In this document: positions 26,851 to 39,924 of the stretch, piece by piece
Position numbering within the stretch: the first letter of the stretch is position 1
Layout of the letters: the number at the start of each line of letters is the position of its first letter
Assembly (NCBI GenBank): GCA_023213395.1
Contig: CM041465.1
Location: forward strand, 176,459,741 to 176,523,740
DNA from: Cycas panzhihuaensis
Taxonomy: Eukaryota > Plantae > Cycadophyta
Reading direction: 5' to 3'
Length of the DNA stretch: 64,000 bases
Notes under the pieces: model-generated
Seen by the model: the letters and a program-made list of their open reading frames with translations, nothing else
Told to the model about the DNA's origin: nothing
The model's database searches: none
Program-made: the position numbers and the translations under genes

Positions 26851-27290
26851 TCCCATATGAGTAAGGGGTGGGACCATTTTTAGCTACTCTTACTAACTCT
26901 AGCCAATTAACACACATAAAGAGAACTCCTAGTTAACCGACGGTCATAACGATTAATGATCTATATGGTTTGATGGATGGTGTTCTCTTTATACGGATAT
27001 CAATAGTTTTTTATATTGGTGAAATAGGTTATGTTTATTTAAAGACTTGATAATTTTATTTGAAGCTTGTCTATATTCCCATATAAGTAAGGGGTGAGAC
27101 CACTTTATAGTTATTCTTGCTAGCACCGATTGAACCATGTATGTAAAGGGAGTTCCTACTTAACTGGTAGTTGTAGTGACTAGTGACTCATGCATTCTAG
27201 TAGATGGACTTCACTTCATATAAACATTAGTAGCTATTTATTCATGTGCAATAATATTTGATCCAACATACTTTTAAAGACTTGAGCTTT
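26851..27290 (+). repeat. Two diverged ~226-bp tandem units upstream of the N2 PPT
   Basis: TCCCATAT(G/A)AGTAAGGGGTG(G/A)GACCA at 26851 and 27077, with continuing similarity. Confidence 0.7.
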
Positions 27291-28765
27291 ATTTAATGTG
27301 ATAATATTTTATGTAATTTACTATTATAGGGTGGAATGTTGGGCATAATACCCAATTACATAAATTAACCCTATGTAATCTCTCTCTATATTCTTTATAT
27401 ATTATATTAGAGGTTGTAAGCTACATAGAGATATGTGCCACATCTAAGTTGACCAATGAGGTTCTCTCACTAATGGTGAGTATGTACTATAAGTATGTAC
27501 TTATCATTTTCTCTAATTTGAGTTTTGGCCAATTCTCCATATATGGTGTTCATTTATATACATGCTTCATCTTACTTATACTTTAGTGATTTATCTTTAA
27601 CTTACTATTAGTTGTATTATATATATTATATTTTTAATTCCTAGCAAGTAGTAGTTATACATGAAATTAAGGAAAAGAGGTATTATCTACTTAGAAAAAG
27701 TTTTAAACTTCACATATACCATGATAGTATTAAGCCAATATTCACTCAATTATATCTTAATGAAAGACAATGTAGAAATTGAAGAAATAGATTGCTAATA
27801 TTAAGTAACAACTAAAAGTAACACAAGACATGTAGAAAAGTTACAGAAACATGAAGAGATAAACCAAAACATTTAGGTTAATAACCGTGTATTTTTATAG
27901 GTAAGACCTAAACATAGCTCTCTTCACTTAAGCACATATAAGAAGTTAATAGTTAGGGACTATGGCCCATTTGAAATCCTTGAATGAATTGAATAAGTTA
28001 CAAATGTACTGACCTTACCATTAAATTAATAAATATATAATGTATTCTATATCTCATTGTTGAAAAGGTATGTTCTAAATTTGAAACGTATATTTGAGTG
28101 GACTAATTTGGTTGTAACATTCCAAAATCTAGTTAAAACTATGCCATCTAACCATTTGAATTGAAGGCCTCTGAACAAGGATTCCAACGGTTTAGACGAA
28201 AGTCAATTCTGACATTTCAATCAAAAGTTATAGCCATTTAAATTTAGCTTGCCAATTTTTTGAGAAGTTCTGGCCGACTTCTGTTTAAGCAGTTTTAAGA
28301 AGAATATTACCTAGTCTGGCAGACTTCTAATTAAAGTATTTTGATCACTATAAATAAGAAGTTTGGGCTGCATCCCAAACAATCGTCAGAGGTTCTTTGG
28401 TCGCGCATTTTTAGTTCTAGGGCTACAATTAGCTTGCCCATTTGGGGGCTACAGTTTAGAAGGTTCCTCACCTTGAAGAGGAAAGCTCACATCTTCAGGA
28501 AAGATAGGTACTTTATTGAAAATTTGCTCTATTTTGATATTATTTAATAATAAAGGCTATTATTTACTTCTGTAGATTCTATAATTCCTATTCATTATTT
28601 ATTTTTCTTGTTGAATAGCATCTAGTTATTATTTTTGTGGATTATTACTTGTATTTTTTAGGAAAATTGCTATAAAAGTAGAACTAGATCGCTATAAGTA
28701 GTATCAGAGCTTCGTTTTGAAGGGAAAAGGCAAAGGTAAAAGCACAAAAAATTCAAAAAAAATTA

Positions 28766-28787
28766 CCCCCCCCCCCCCCCCCCCCCC
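28766..28787. repeat. poly-C run (22 nt) in the Gypsy-B leader
   Basis: Direct reading. Confidence 0.9.
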
Positions 28788-28841
28788 TTAAGAGAAATAG
28801 AAACAGAATTGAGATCAAGGAAAAACCTCATTCCTAGGAAG

Positions 28842-31800
28842 ATGGTATTCCACTCTAGAACCTCAAAGGAAAAAATTGAAGGCATATCAGAATTAAACCA
28901 GAGCATAAAGGCTTTAACAACCTTAATCCAGGAGTTACTAGTAAAAGCAGATCAAGCAACACAGAATGTGTCAGGTGGAGAAATGGATAACAACAATGCA
29001 TCGGGAATAAAACAAATAGATACTTGGAACAATCAAGAAAACTATTGGGATAGATTTGATGGACAAATTTATGAAAGGAGAACTTCCAACATGGATAATG
29101 GATGGAAAGGAGCAAGATTATCCTTGGAAAAATTTGATCCTAAAGTATCCAAGAATATCAAAAATTGGATCTTACAAATGGAGAATTATTTTAGAGTTTA
29201 TAACTAAACAGGTAAGGAAAATATGGAAATAACATCCTTACACTTAAACATAAGGGCATTGAGGTGGTACTATTGATGGCAAAGGATGAATTTACCAATA
29301 CAACAGACTTGGGAGAATCTAAGAGGAGGACTAATAGACTAATATGATAATTCTTGGAATATGGATTACTTTGCTCAGTTAACACAATTACATCAATAAG
29401 TAATAGTCCAAGAATATACGGAATAGTTTTAAACACTACAATGTATGGTCTCAGAACAAATACTGTAGGAATGTTTATTGGAGACTTATATTAGTGGATT
29501 GAAAAATCAGATCAAATTTAGAGCTAAAGCAGCAGATCCACCTCAACTCTAAGTAGTAATTCGGATAGCAAGAAATGTAGAGGTAGAACTTAGAGATAGT
29601 AGACCAACATATACAAGGAGATATGAGCCACCACCATATCAGACCCAAAATCCTAATTAGGTAAAATCAGGAATAAAGGTAGATCCTGTATTAGCTATAA
29701 GAAATACGGGAGAAAGCTCAGGAATAACCAAAGAGGAGCATATAAGAAAAAGGACGTGCTTCAAGTGTAGAGGAAAATAGAATAACGAACACCAGTGCCT
29801 AGTATAAAAGGTTTTCATGATCAATAACAAGGATGTAGAAATACCAGAAGAAGTAGAGGAAGAAGTAGAACAAGACCATAACATAAAGAGGGAGGAAGAT
29901 GAACTTCTGGAAGTGGATACAAGGAATGTCCAAATCTCATTGTAGGCCATTACAGGGCAACAGGTATCCTCATAGACCCTAAGATTCTAAGGAAAAATCA
30001 AGGGAATACAAGTATCAATTTTAGTTGATAGTGGGAGTACATATAATTTTATAAACAAAGCATCAACAGAAAAATTAGGGTTACAAGTGAAACCCCTCAA
30101 CACCTTCCAATTGTTAATAGAAAATGGGAGAACAATGCCATGTGGAGGATACTGCAAAGATACAACTCTCTAGATTAATGATTACAAGGTCACAACTTGT
30201 ATGTTTGCCATGCCTATAGGTGGAGTGGATGCAGTTTTGAGGATTTAATGGCTATAAACATTGGGAAACATCGTTACCAACTATATGACAAGATTTATGT
30301 GTTTCTGACAAAAAGGACACAAATATCAACTACAAGCCCTAGCCACACCCCCAGTTCAGCTTGTCTCATCTCATAGGATGGAAAAAATTCTAAAGAAGAA
30401 TCTGCAAGCATACATAATGTCATGTTACAAAGTAGAAATAGAAGACATTTCCTCATAGATTTAGGAAATCTTAGAAAAACATCAAAGAGTTTTTGAAGAA
30501 CCCCAAGGACTGCCACTGAAAAGGGAATTAGAGCATGCAATAGACGTTATCCCTTAAGCAATACTAGTCAACATTCCTCCATATAGGCATCCTTATCATC
30601 TCAGGAATGAAATTGAAAAAATCACACAAGAACTATTACTCCAAGGTGTAGTGGTGAAAAGCACGAGTCCATTCGCCTCTCCCGTGGTGGTCAATCTAAA
30701 GAAGGATTGATCTTACAGAATGTGTGTGGATTATCCTAGCCTAAATAAATTGACCATAAAGAATCGATACCATATCCCAAGGATTGAAGATTTGTTAGAT
30801 GAGTTACATGGAGATTGATACTTTTCAAAGATAGATTTGCACTCAGGATACTACCAAATAAGGGTTAAAGAAGAAGATATCTACAAAACTACATTCAGAA
30901 CGTATGAAGGGTTGTTTGAATTCAAGGTTATGCCTTTTGGCTTAAGAAATTCTCTAGCTACTTTCCAAAGTATAATGAATTTAATATTAAAACATGTTTT
31001 GAGGAAATTTATGCTAGTTTTCTTTGACGATATCCTGATCTATAACAAAACATGGGAAGAACATATGGAACATATAAAGGAAGTTCTTCTCATACTTAAG
31101 AAAGTGCAACTATTTGCAAATAAGAAAAAGTGTTCTTTCACAAAAAAGGAATTAGAGTATCTAGGCCATATTATCACAGGTGAAGGAATCAAAATAGATC
31201 CAAAAAAGATTTAAGCAATTATAAACTGGCCAACTCTGAAGAATGTCACAGGAGTAAGAAGTTTTTTGGGTGCAATAGGATTTTTGAGAAAGTTCATAAA
31301 AAGGTATGCACACATTGCATTACCACTAACAGACCTGACCAAAAAGATGCTTTCAAATGGAATTTAGGAGCAGAAGGAACGTTTCAAGAATTAAAATAAG
31401 CAATGATCACAGCTCCAGTATTGGCCTTACTGGATTTTACTCAACTATTCACATTGGCATATGATGCTTCAGGCTTTGGAATATGAGTAATTTTGTTACA
31501 GGGAGGAAGGCTGATAGCTTATGAAAGCCAGACGATGAATAATAGGGAAAAAACAAAACTAATATATGACAAAGAGATGCTAGCCATTATGCACGCAACA
31601 CACCAATGGAGGTAGTATTTACTAGGGAGTAAATTTGTGGTTAGAACTGATCATGGTAGCCTGAAGTACTTTTTGAATCAAAAGGCATTATTTGATGAGC
31701 AACAAAAATGGGTCAGTAAGTTGTAGACTTTTGACTTTACTATAGAATACAAAAAGGGGAAATAAAATGTAATAGCAGATGCTCTATCTAAACTACCAGG

Positions 31801-33263
31801 GGAAGGAAAGATTAAAGCCTCAGGCAATTCAATGACAATAGCAACTCTAAAATAGGTAACAGAGTTAGCAAAGGAATATGAAGATGACAAGATATCATAA
31901 GGAATAAGGCAAAAGATTAGAGAAGGAAAAGTGGTGCAATTTATAGAACAAGGAGAATTAATTCTATCGAAAGGAAAAATATTTGTTCTAAAGACAAGTA
32001 AACTAAAAGAAGTACTACTTCAAGAAGCTCACTCAACTCCAGTTTCAGGACATTCAAGGATGGATAAGACTTATAGAAGGCTTCAAAGCTCATTTTACTG
32101 GAAAGGGTTGAAATTTGACATCCTCTGATTTGTATCAATGTGATATATATCGAAGGAATAAAATTGAATCTGTGAAGACCCCCAGGTTGCTACAAACCCT
32201 TCCCATTCCCCATCAAAAATGGGAAGAAATCTCTATGGATTTTATTATAGGTCTTCCACATTTAGAAGGAAGAGACGCAATTTTTGTAGTGGTAGATAGA
32301 TTAACTAAATATGCCCATTTCAGGGGAACTCAGACAAGAGCAAAAGCAAGCTAACTAGGAGAATTATATATGAAAGAAATCCATAGACTACATGGCTTTC
32401 CAAAGGTTATAGTCAGCGACAGGGATCCCAAATTCATAAGTCACTTTTGGAAGGAGTTGTTTAAATCATCCAGCACTAGCTTACATATGAGCACAGCATA
32501 CCACCCACAGATAGATGGCTAGATGAAAATAGTTAACAAATGTGTGGAGGGATACTTAAGAAACTTCGCATCAGATAAACAGACATAATGGCATCGATGG
32601 CTCTATTTGGAAGAATAGTAGTATAATACCACATACCATGCAGTGGTAAAAATGTCACCATTTCAAGCACTATATGGGTATAAACCTCAATCACTCTTGA
32701 ATTGGCTAAATACATCTAAAGTATAGATAGTCTAAGAAAACTTGCAATAGATGCAAGAAATAATTCAAATATTAAAGAATAATTTGGAGATGGTGAAAAA
32801 TAGGATGAAGCAACAAATAGATAGAAAGAGATCTAAACGGATTTTTGAGATAGGAGAATGGGTATTCTTAAGACTCCAACCCTACAAACATATGTCGATG
32901 AAATAAAATAATCGACATAAATTACCACCAAAATTCTTTGGACCATATCAGATTGAGGAATGCATAGGGGAAGTGGCATATGAGTTAAAACTGCCATCAG
33001 AAAGCAAAATCCATAATATCTTCAACGTAACTTACTTGAAGAAAAAGTTGGGTGAAAAGGAAGCTCTACAAACAAATTTACCAACACTCGATGAAGAAGG
33101 AATGGTGGTAGTGGAACTTGAGGGGATATTGAAGACCAGGGACAAGAATTTACAATCCAGAATAATAAAAGAGTATCTTATCAAATGGAAGATATTGAAG
33201 CTTAAAGATACATGGGAATCTAAAGAATAGATGCAGAAAAATGGGCCCTTACTAATGCTTTGA
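28842..33263 (+). pseudogene. Gypsy-B gag-pol with chromodomain (degenerate)
   Basis: gag WILQMENYF; protease LVDSGSTYNFI; RT SGYYQIRV..MPFGL..VFFDDILIY; integrase [10 protein letters not shown]; chromodomain EYLIKWK...TWES. Confidence 0.93.
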
Positions 33264-34100
33264 GGGTAAAGTATGTTTTAAAGGGGAGGGACTTGTAACA
33301 TTCCAAAATCTAGTTAAAAATATGCCATGTAACCATTTAAATTAAAGGCCTCTAAACAAGGATTCCAACGGTTTAGATGAAAGTTAATTCTGACATCTCA
33401 ATCAAAAGTTATGGCCATTTAAAGTTAGTTTGCCAGTTTTTGGAGAAGTTCTAGCTGACTTCTATTTGAGCAATTTTAAGAAGAATATTACCCAGTTTGG
33501 CTGACTTCTAATTAAAGTATTTTGATCACTATAAATAGGAAGTTTGGTCTGCATCCCAAACCATCATAAGAGGTTCTTTGGTCATGCATTTTCGGTTCTA
33601 GGGCTGTAATTAGCTCACCTATTTGGGTGTTGCAGTTTGGAGGGTTCCTCACCTCGAAGAGGGAATCTCACGTCTTCAAGAAAGACAGGTACTTTGTTAA
33701 AATTTTGCTCTATTTTGGTATTATTTGATAATAAAGACTATTATTTGCTTCTGTGGATTCTATAATTCCTATTCATTATTCATTTTTCTTGTTGAATAGC
33801 ATCTAGTTATTGTTTTTGTGGATTATTACTTGTATTTTTTAGGAAAATTGCTATAAAAGTAGAACTAAATCGCTGCATTGGTAGTAGGATCTAGTATTAA
33901 TTTTAAGGAAGAACCCTTATAAATACTAGATTGAAGGGAAAGAATATTATGAAGTAAGAGTATTAAGCAAGTGAAAGTGAAATGAAAATACTTAACACTA
34001 GTAGAAGCAACATGGGACTTGGAAAGTGATATAGTAGCCCTATTTATTTGTAATAAGATGAAGTTTCATCAAGAGTGATGTTTTTTAAAGGGGAGGGGAT

Positions 34101-36581
34101 TGTAATGGCCATGTAAGGAATTGGTTAATATTAAGGAACTAATCATTGATATATTAAGGCACTGACCATGACCAAAGTATAACTTCAATAAATATGCAAT
34201 GTATAGTTTTACTTTCTATTTTATTCATCTCATATAATGTACATGCTTATTTATGCAACATAAGATATAGGGATGTGCCATGTAATTCTCTTAGGTTAGT
34301 TTGTATAGCCTATATAAGGTGTATGCCTATTTGTGGAACATAGCATGGTCATGCATAATTCTAATTTGTTAGTTTAGCAGGTAGTATAGTGTTAGGTTTT
34401 AATCCATTTAGACATAAATCTACCTAGCTTATTTAATGTAAAATTATTCTTTTACCTATTACTTGTGTAACAAAATCAACCAAATTACTTTGGATGGGTA
34501 GTATAGGCATGGGAGCACATGATATGAATAAGGGAGGAATAAAGGGGAAACACAAATGTAAGGGTAGATGATATACTTAGTGGTTTTCATGCTTTATTTA
34601 GAATACAAAATATTCCTTATAGTTTCACAAATAAGAGGAAATACACAGGAATGTCCTTTATAGTTTTGTAAATGAGTCCTTAAGCCCAAATATAAGTACA
34701 TAAAGGGCACAAAAAAGTGAGAAATTAAGTAAATTAAAAACTTGATTCTTAAGCCTGTAAGAGAGGAATACAAAAGGGCATTATTTAGGCATATGTTACC
34801 TCTCACTTTATTTAATCTTTAAAAGATTCTAGGGGGGGGGGGGGGGGGAGAGAGAGAGAGAGTAGGGGACTATTGAGCATAGTATGATTTTGATATTGAA
34901 TAGGGTATAGCCAAATAGAGTAAAGCATGACCTTGATCTTAAGCATAGTAGCATTTAGTCTTGGGAGGAGCGATAGATAGAGTTATATTACATTGGTTGC
35001 AAGAGCAATACTGATCCAATTTTGTAAAGTAGTATTAAGAAGGTTACATAGAGTATATTAGGCTAGTTACATAGAGTAGTATTGAGTTGATTGTATAAGA
35101 GAAACATTAAGTAAGTTATATCAAGTAATTTTAAGCTAATTACAATGAATAATAAAGAGTTGATTCCATAGGGTAGATGAATTTTGCATGATTATTCTCT
35201 AGTTCAATTCTGTTGAATAGATAATTATTGTATGATTATCCTTTGATTTATCTTCACAGGGAAGATTAATTTTGCATGCTTAATTTTTTAGTTTAATTTT
35301 ACTAGGAATATAAATTTTGTAAGCTCATTCTTGAGTTAAATTTGATAGGGTAGATAATTTATACTAAAGTATATGCTAGATCAATGTTATCAAGTAGATA
35401 AATCCATACTTAGAGAAATCAGTTAGGGAAGGGGATGGACATACAAGTAATAAATTTTATAAGTGGCATGGACATGTGTAATCATTATTATTTCAATATC
35501 CTTGAACTATATTAGAGGTGCTAAATTATATATTAGTTTGAAGGGTTTAGGTTGAGGAGTTCCCTCTATATATTATTAGGAATTTGGGATGAGGAGTCCC
35601 TACTTCTTATGATGGTTGAGGAATCCCCTTTAGTTATTTTTCTACATGGGTAAGTTCTATAGGGTATGGATTCACATTCTCATTCTTCATGAGTGTTGTA
35701 CGGTATGAAACACACAACCCATTGGGTTAAGAGCCTCATTATTGATGTGTTAGGTGGTATAAAATTCTCATCCCCTTGGTACAACAAACTAGTGTGAATA
35801 CATGCAAGATTATTGACATGCAATATGTGGTATGGGATACAGGAGTCATAAAGAGATAGTCTAAAGAGATTTACTCAATAGTGGTGTATATATGGTATGG
35901 CATTTCCAAATAGAGTGCATAAACTTGAATTATAGTAAAAAACTCAAAACTAGTATAACAACATATTGTTATAGCTTTGACTTATTAGTGGAGCATTTTA
36001 ATAAAATACATATAAATTAATTTGCAACAGAAATTTTAGGACTGATATGGTAGTACATTATTATTTTGATATTCTTACATAGATAACATAAATTGATGTA
36101 TAGATTATAATTTAGAAATAGGTTAGCAAAATTTAGTTCTTAAGATAGGTTATAGGCTAAGAGTTGAGTGACTTAAGAATAATCTGCCATTCATATCGTG
36201 TGGCCCAACTAAGGAGAGCTTGCCTTTATAAGAATGTTGTTGGTAAGGTAGTGAATCTATTTGAAGTAACTTGATTGGTTCATCATTTTAATTAAATTAA
36301 TTATATGCAAGATATCCTAATAATAAATTGTAATTCTTGGATGCTTGATGTCAATTCTATAATTTACATTTGATGAGGTTGAGTTCTAAAATAATTAGAA
36401 AACAACATTGATCACTTAAACGTGTAGCATCTTTAGCCATATTTTTTTCTATTATGCATGTTAGCATAACTTTGATTCTAGCTTCCATAGTTTAAGTAGT
36501 TTAGTAGATGTTGCCTTAGTTGCCAAATTTGGGTAAATTTTAGCTAAGCTGAGTCATAACTAACCTATTGGGGTTGTGACA
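34101..36581 (+). repeat. 3' LTR of Gypsy-A (2481 bp, uninterrupted)
   Basis: TG..CA after the PPT; colinear with the four pieces of the 5' LTR; contains a poly-G/(GA)n tract at 34832-34862. Confidence 0.9.
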
Positions 36582-37610
36582 CTAATGAAGTTAATCATCC
36601 CTTACGAAAGCTAGTTTCTTGAAAAAATGGTGCCTAATGGGCGTAAAAAATATCCAAACACCTTTGGAAATTATCAACCTTATTAGAAACATAACCATAT
36701 CTATAATATAATGCCTAACATTATTTAATATTGTCCAATAATATCATTCTTATATTTATAAAACCAGAGTGATGTAATAATAATCCCATCAAGTGATAAC
36801 AAGCTCATTCACTCTTCAATGAAGCCCAACTTATATCAAAGAAGCATAATCATATCTTGAGATGTCCAACATGCTTATATTGCATCATATCATACAGAAA
36901 CCAAGACCATCATCTTATAATAACTATCCTATAGCTTTGAATGATCATAATTAGTGCTTAATCACCTTTACTATCTCCAAATGACCCTAACTAATGTTTT
37001 GAGCAATCTAATAACTCCTAACTAAGCCCAACATGTTGTAATAAGCTTATATAGGTTAGATACTATCCAAAATTAGTCAAAAATAGTTTTTGGTACCTTT
37101 AAAGCTTCCCAGTGATATCATTTAGAGTTGAAAATGATGTTAATCAATCATTCATGGCTCATGAAAAGTTTAAACACAGTTTACATATTATAATAATCAC
37201 TACTCCATTATTATCTTTTTCACAATATTATTGTTATCTTTACATAAGTTTGATGTTTACAACAAATGTTTTTATTATTTTAAATGAGTGTAATGATGTC
37301 TCAGATTATTCACATATGCCTATCCTCCACCCAACACTATAAGAACAAGGCCAAACTCATCTAAAATCTTTCACATTTTCTTACAACATCCAATAACGAG
37401 TAGAGGTCATGAATAAGCAAAAAACATGACTTGAACATCTCATTTTCTTTGCTTTTATGATCTCACACCATCATTTTATTCTCTTAGTAGTTAGAAATAA
37501 TTAGCATCATAACTTTAGGGCTCTTATTAACTTTACTAAATAACCTTTGATTTGATTTGACTCCACACCTACTTTACCTTAATTTTACATCTCTATTGAC
37601 TTTGATACCA

Positions 37611-38047
37611 TGTGAAGAAACATTAACATATACTAATAGGATCTTGATCATGCACAACAAGTATTCAAAGAATAATGCATAGCCATTTATATAAAAAACC
37701 CTTACAAGAGAAAAGCCATGGTTGAAAACATGATGATTTTTTTATATTTAAAACACTACTTGGTGTTGTGACCTATTAGGATCACTCGACCTTAGAGGTC
37801 AAGCCTGTAAGGCCTTTATACACCTTAGTAAACTTATAAATTAATTTTATTTGATATCTCATAACCATTCATATTTATAATACCCCAAGAGGTGCACTGA
37901 TCTAACAACTATGACTCTTCATCATGTCTCACAACTCTTCATTGTGTCCCATCAAATCCTCGATAGTTATGTCTCTTCATATCTCTTAGGAAAACCACAT
38001 AAGTCATTAAGTTGACATGAAGTTAGCCTCAATTGTGTTTATTAATA
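37611..38047 (-). repeat. 5' LTR of N1
   Basis: Adjacent to the PBS complement at 37599-37610; similar to bases 1-263. Confidence 0.75.
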
Positions 38048-38760
38048 GTTTACCTTAAAAATAAGCTTCACAAATACCACACACTCTAGATAGTGCAGGT
38101 AATCCATAAACTATATTATATTAATTTAAGATATGTAGCTTATCATAACTAATATGGCCAAAGCATATATGCCACAATTTCCTAAATGGACCAAATTAGG
38201 CTACATAAGAATTAAATTTTATCTTTTTCTTTAAGTTTATTAGATCAAAAGGATTATAAAGACTTGTTTTATGATCAATAGGTCTGGAAGTAATAGTTTT
38301 AAATTTGTTGGAAAGTTGTTTGATTATATATTTATCCTTCCAAATTTCAACTACCAAATCCTTCTAGTAGATCTGATATATAGATAACAGGTTTAGAAAT
38401 AATCCTAAAATATAAAGTACATTATTAATGGAACCATATATTAGTAGAATATTCATGGGTATTATGACTTTTATCTATGATCCACATCTAAAATATATTT
38501 CCTCACCTAAATTAACTTTGGGTTCATACGAGGAAAAGAAATTTTAGTGTACTATCATGTGATGGGAGGCACTTGAGTTGAGGACCCAAGAACTTGAAGA
38601 TAATATTAGGGTAAAAATAGATAAGGTGGATTTATAGAGTCATGGGATCTTTGTTGAATCCCTTTAGAAGCTTTTAATGTCTTAGATGTTATTTTCCATA
38701 ATCCAGGAATCCAACATCTATCTTAGCATAAGTAATCTAAGGTATGTATCATTTATTACT
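38048..38760 (-). pseudogene. Copia-4 protease and pre-integrase fragment (Copia-2-related)
   Basis: Minus translation SWVLNSSASHHMIVH*NFFSSYEPK..GSINNVLYILGLFLNLLSIYQI..KLWHICFGHISYDKL..VYGLP..GICEA is colinear with Copia-2 17005-17530; cut at 38048 by N1. Confidence 0.85.
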
Positions 38761-39924
38761 TTATTTTGAATCTTTTTTTAGCTTTCATATACATGTTTGC
38801 GCCAATAGGCGCCCTCAGACCACTTTAGTGAGGGAGTAGGAAGTGGGGTCTCATCCCTCCTATTTTACTCCCATATAATAATTTAAATAACTTAAATAAA
38901 AATAATAATAATTTAAATAATTATATAAAAAAAAAAAATTGACTTTTTCTCAACTTCCCAACAACCATTTTAAATGTCATTTTATGGGAATTTATTCTAC
39001 CATAAATAAAGGTTAGTACAAGTGCTTATTACTCCAAAAAGTGGGTAGATAAGAAGGAAATGAGCCTCTAAGTTAAAACTTTAATAACACCATGCATGTA
39101 TTATTTTGGACAAAATAAGTTCTAAATTAATGGGCACTCATGATTTTCTATAAAATAATAGGCCTTCTATCCTCCTTTGGAATTTCATTCAATTTTTCCA
39201 ACCAACTACCATTAATTTCTCACCATCCTTTTTCTAAACCCATGAGCAAACCCCATGGCATTAACCATAATTTCATTAAATCCATGGGCCTAAAAACTAC
39301 CAAAGGGGGATCACCCCTTAATAATAAATTGCCCCCTCTTTCCCCTTACCCTAATTTCATAAAATGGGGGTAAGACCATTTTTAACATCATTATGTTATT
39401 GAAATATTTCCAAAATTCACTCTCAACTCTTCACATCCTTGAGGTTATTTATTGAATTACATTTTGAGTTTAAAATTAGGACCACTCAATTACTAGACAT
39501 TATCTTAATTAGAGCTTATTTTAATGATTTGTTGCTTCAATTTATTGGCTTCAAGGTATAGAGTAGGAGGATTATAGGTGAGTATACATCATTCTAAAGT
39601 GTAAATAATTTCCAAAAATAAGATTGGAAGTGTTAAAAAACACTAGGGAGGTATTCTCCACCTATAAATAGAGCAATTTAGGGAGGCAGTAAGCGCCTCT
39701 ACCTGACAAATATTTAAAATTTTAAAAAATATTAAAATATTAAATAATTAATTGAATACTTACGTGTGATGGCTATGTCAGCTCTTTTATGGCTATTGGT
39801 GGCTACTTGATGATGCTAGGTGGCCTGAGGTGACCTAGGGAGGCCCAAGGTGGCATTGAGGGGCTCTAAGTACACACTTACATTAGTTAATTGGGCATTA
39901 TCCTAATATTCTCCTCTATAATAG

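Larger units (their letters stand above)
24432..27646 (+). mobile_element. Non-autonomous LTR element N2 (TRIM/LARD-like) carrying a DJ-1 fragment
   Basis: ~300-bp LTRs 24432-24730 and 27337-27646; PBS TGGTATCAGATC 24731-24742; PPT TAGGGTGGAA; no gag/pol inside. TSD imperfect (TGTAA/AGTAG). Confidence 0.88.
28113..33877 (+). mobile_element. Gypsy-B: full-length degenerate chromovirus (short-LTR, Reina/Galadriel-like)
   Basis: 584-bp LTRs 28113-28696 and 33294-33877; PBS TAGTATCAGAGC 28699-28710; PPT AAGGGGAGGG; perfect TSD TTGGT. Confidence 0.96.
2773..36581 (+). mobile_element. Gypsy-A: Ty3/gypsy chromovirus (Tekay/Del-like, ~2.5-kb LTRs), degenerate, integrase core missing
   Basis: 3' LTR 34101-36581 (TG..CA) follows PPT AAAGGGGAGGGGA. 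The 5' LTR is split into 2773-2844, 3498-3548, 10711-12426 and 20671-20749, each colinear with the 3' LTR. PBS TGGTATCATAGC at 20752-20763. TSD TTAAT/CTAAT. RT motifs (MPFRLTN...VMFINDILIY) and a chromodomain-like KQVKVK*KYLTLVEATW near 33965-34030. Confidence 0.9.
1..38047 (-). mobile_element. Non-autonomous LTR element N1 (Copia-type termini), truncated by the window start and interrupted by Gypsy-A
   Basis: 5' LTR at 37611-38047, preceded on + by ACTTTGATACCA (37599-37610), the reverse complement of a degenerate Met PBS. Bases 1-263 match ~37760-38047 (GACCTATTAGGATCACT.GACCTTAG...CATATCTCTTAG..AAACCACA) and are followed by TCCCTCTTTAAG, a PPT complement. No gag/pol recognised in the ~3.5 kb of internal DNA (264-2772 plus 36582-37598). 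Confidence 0.75.
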
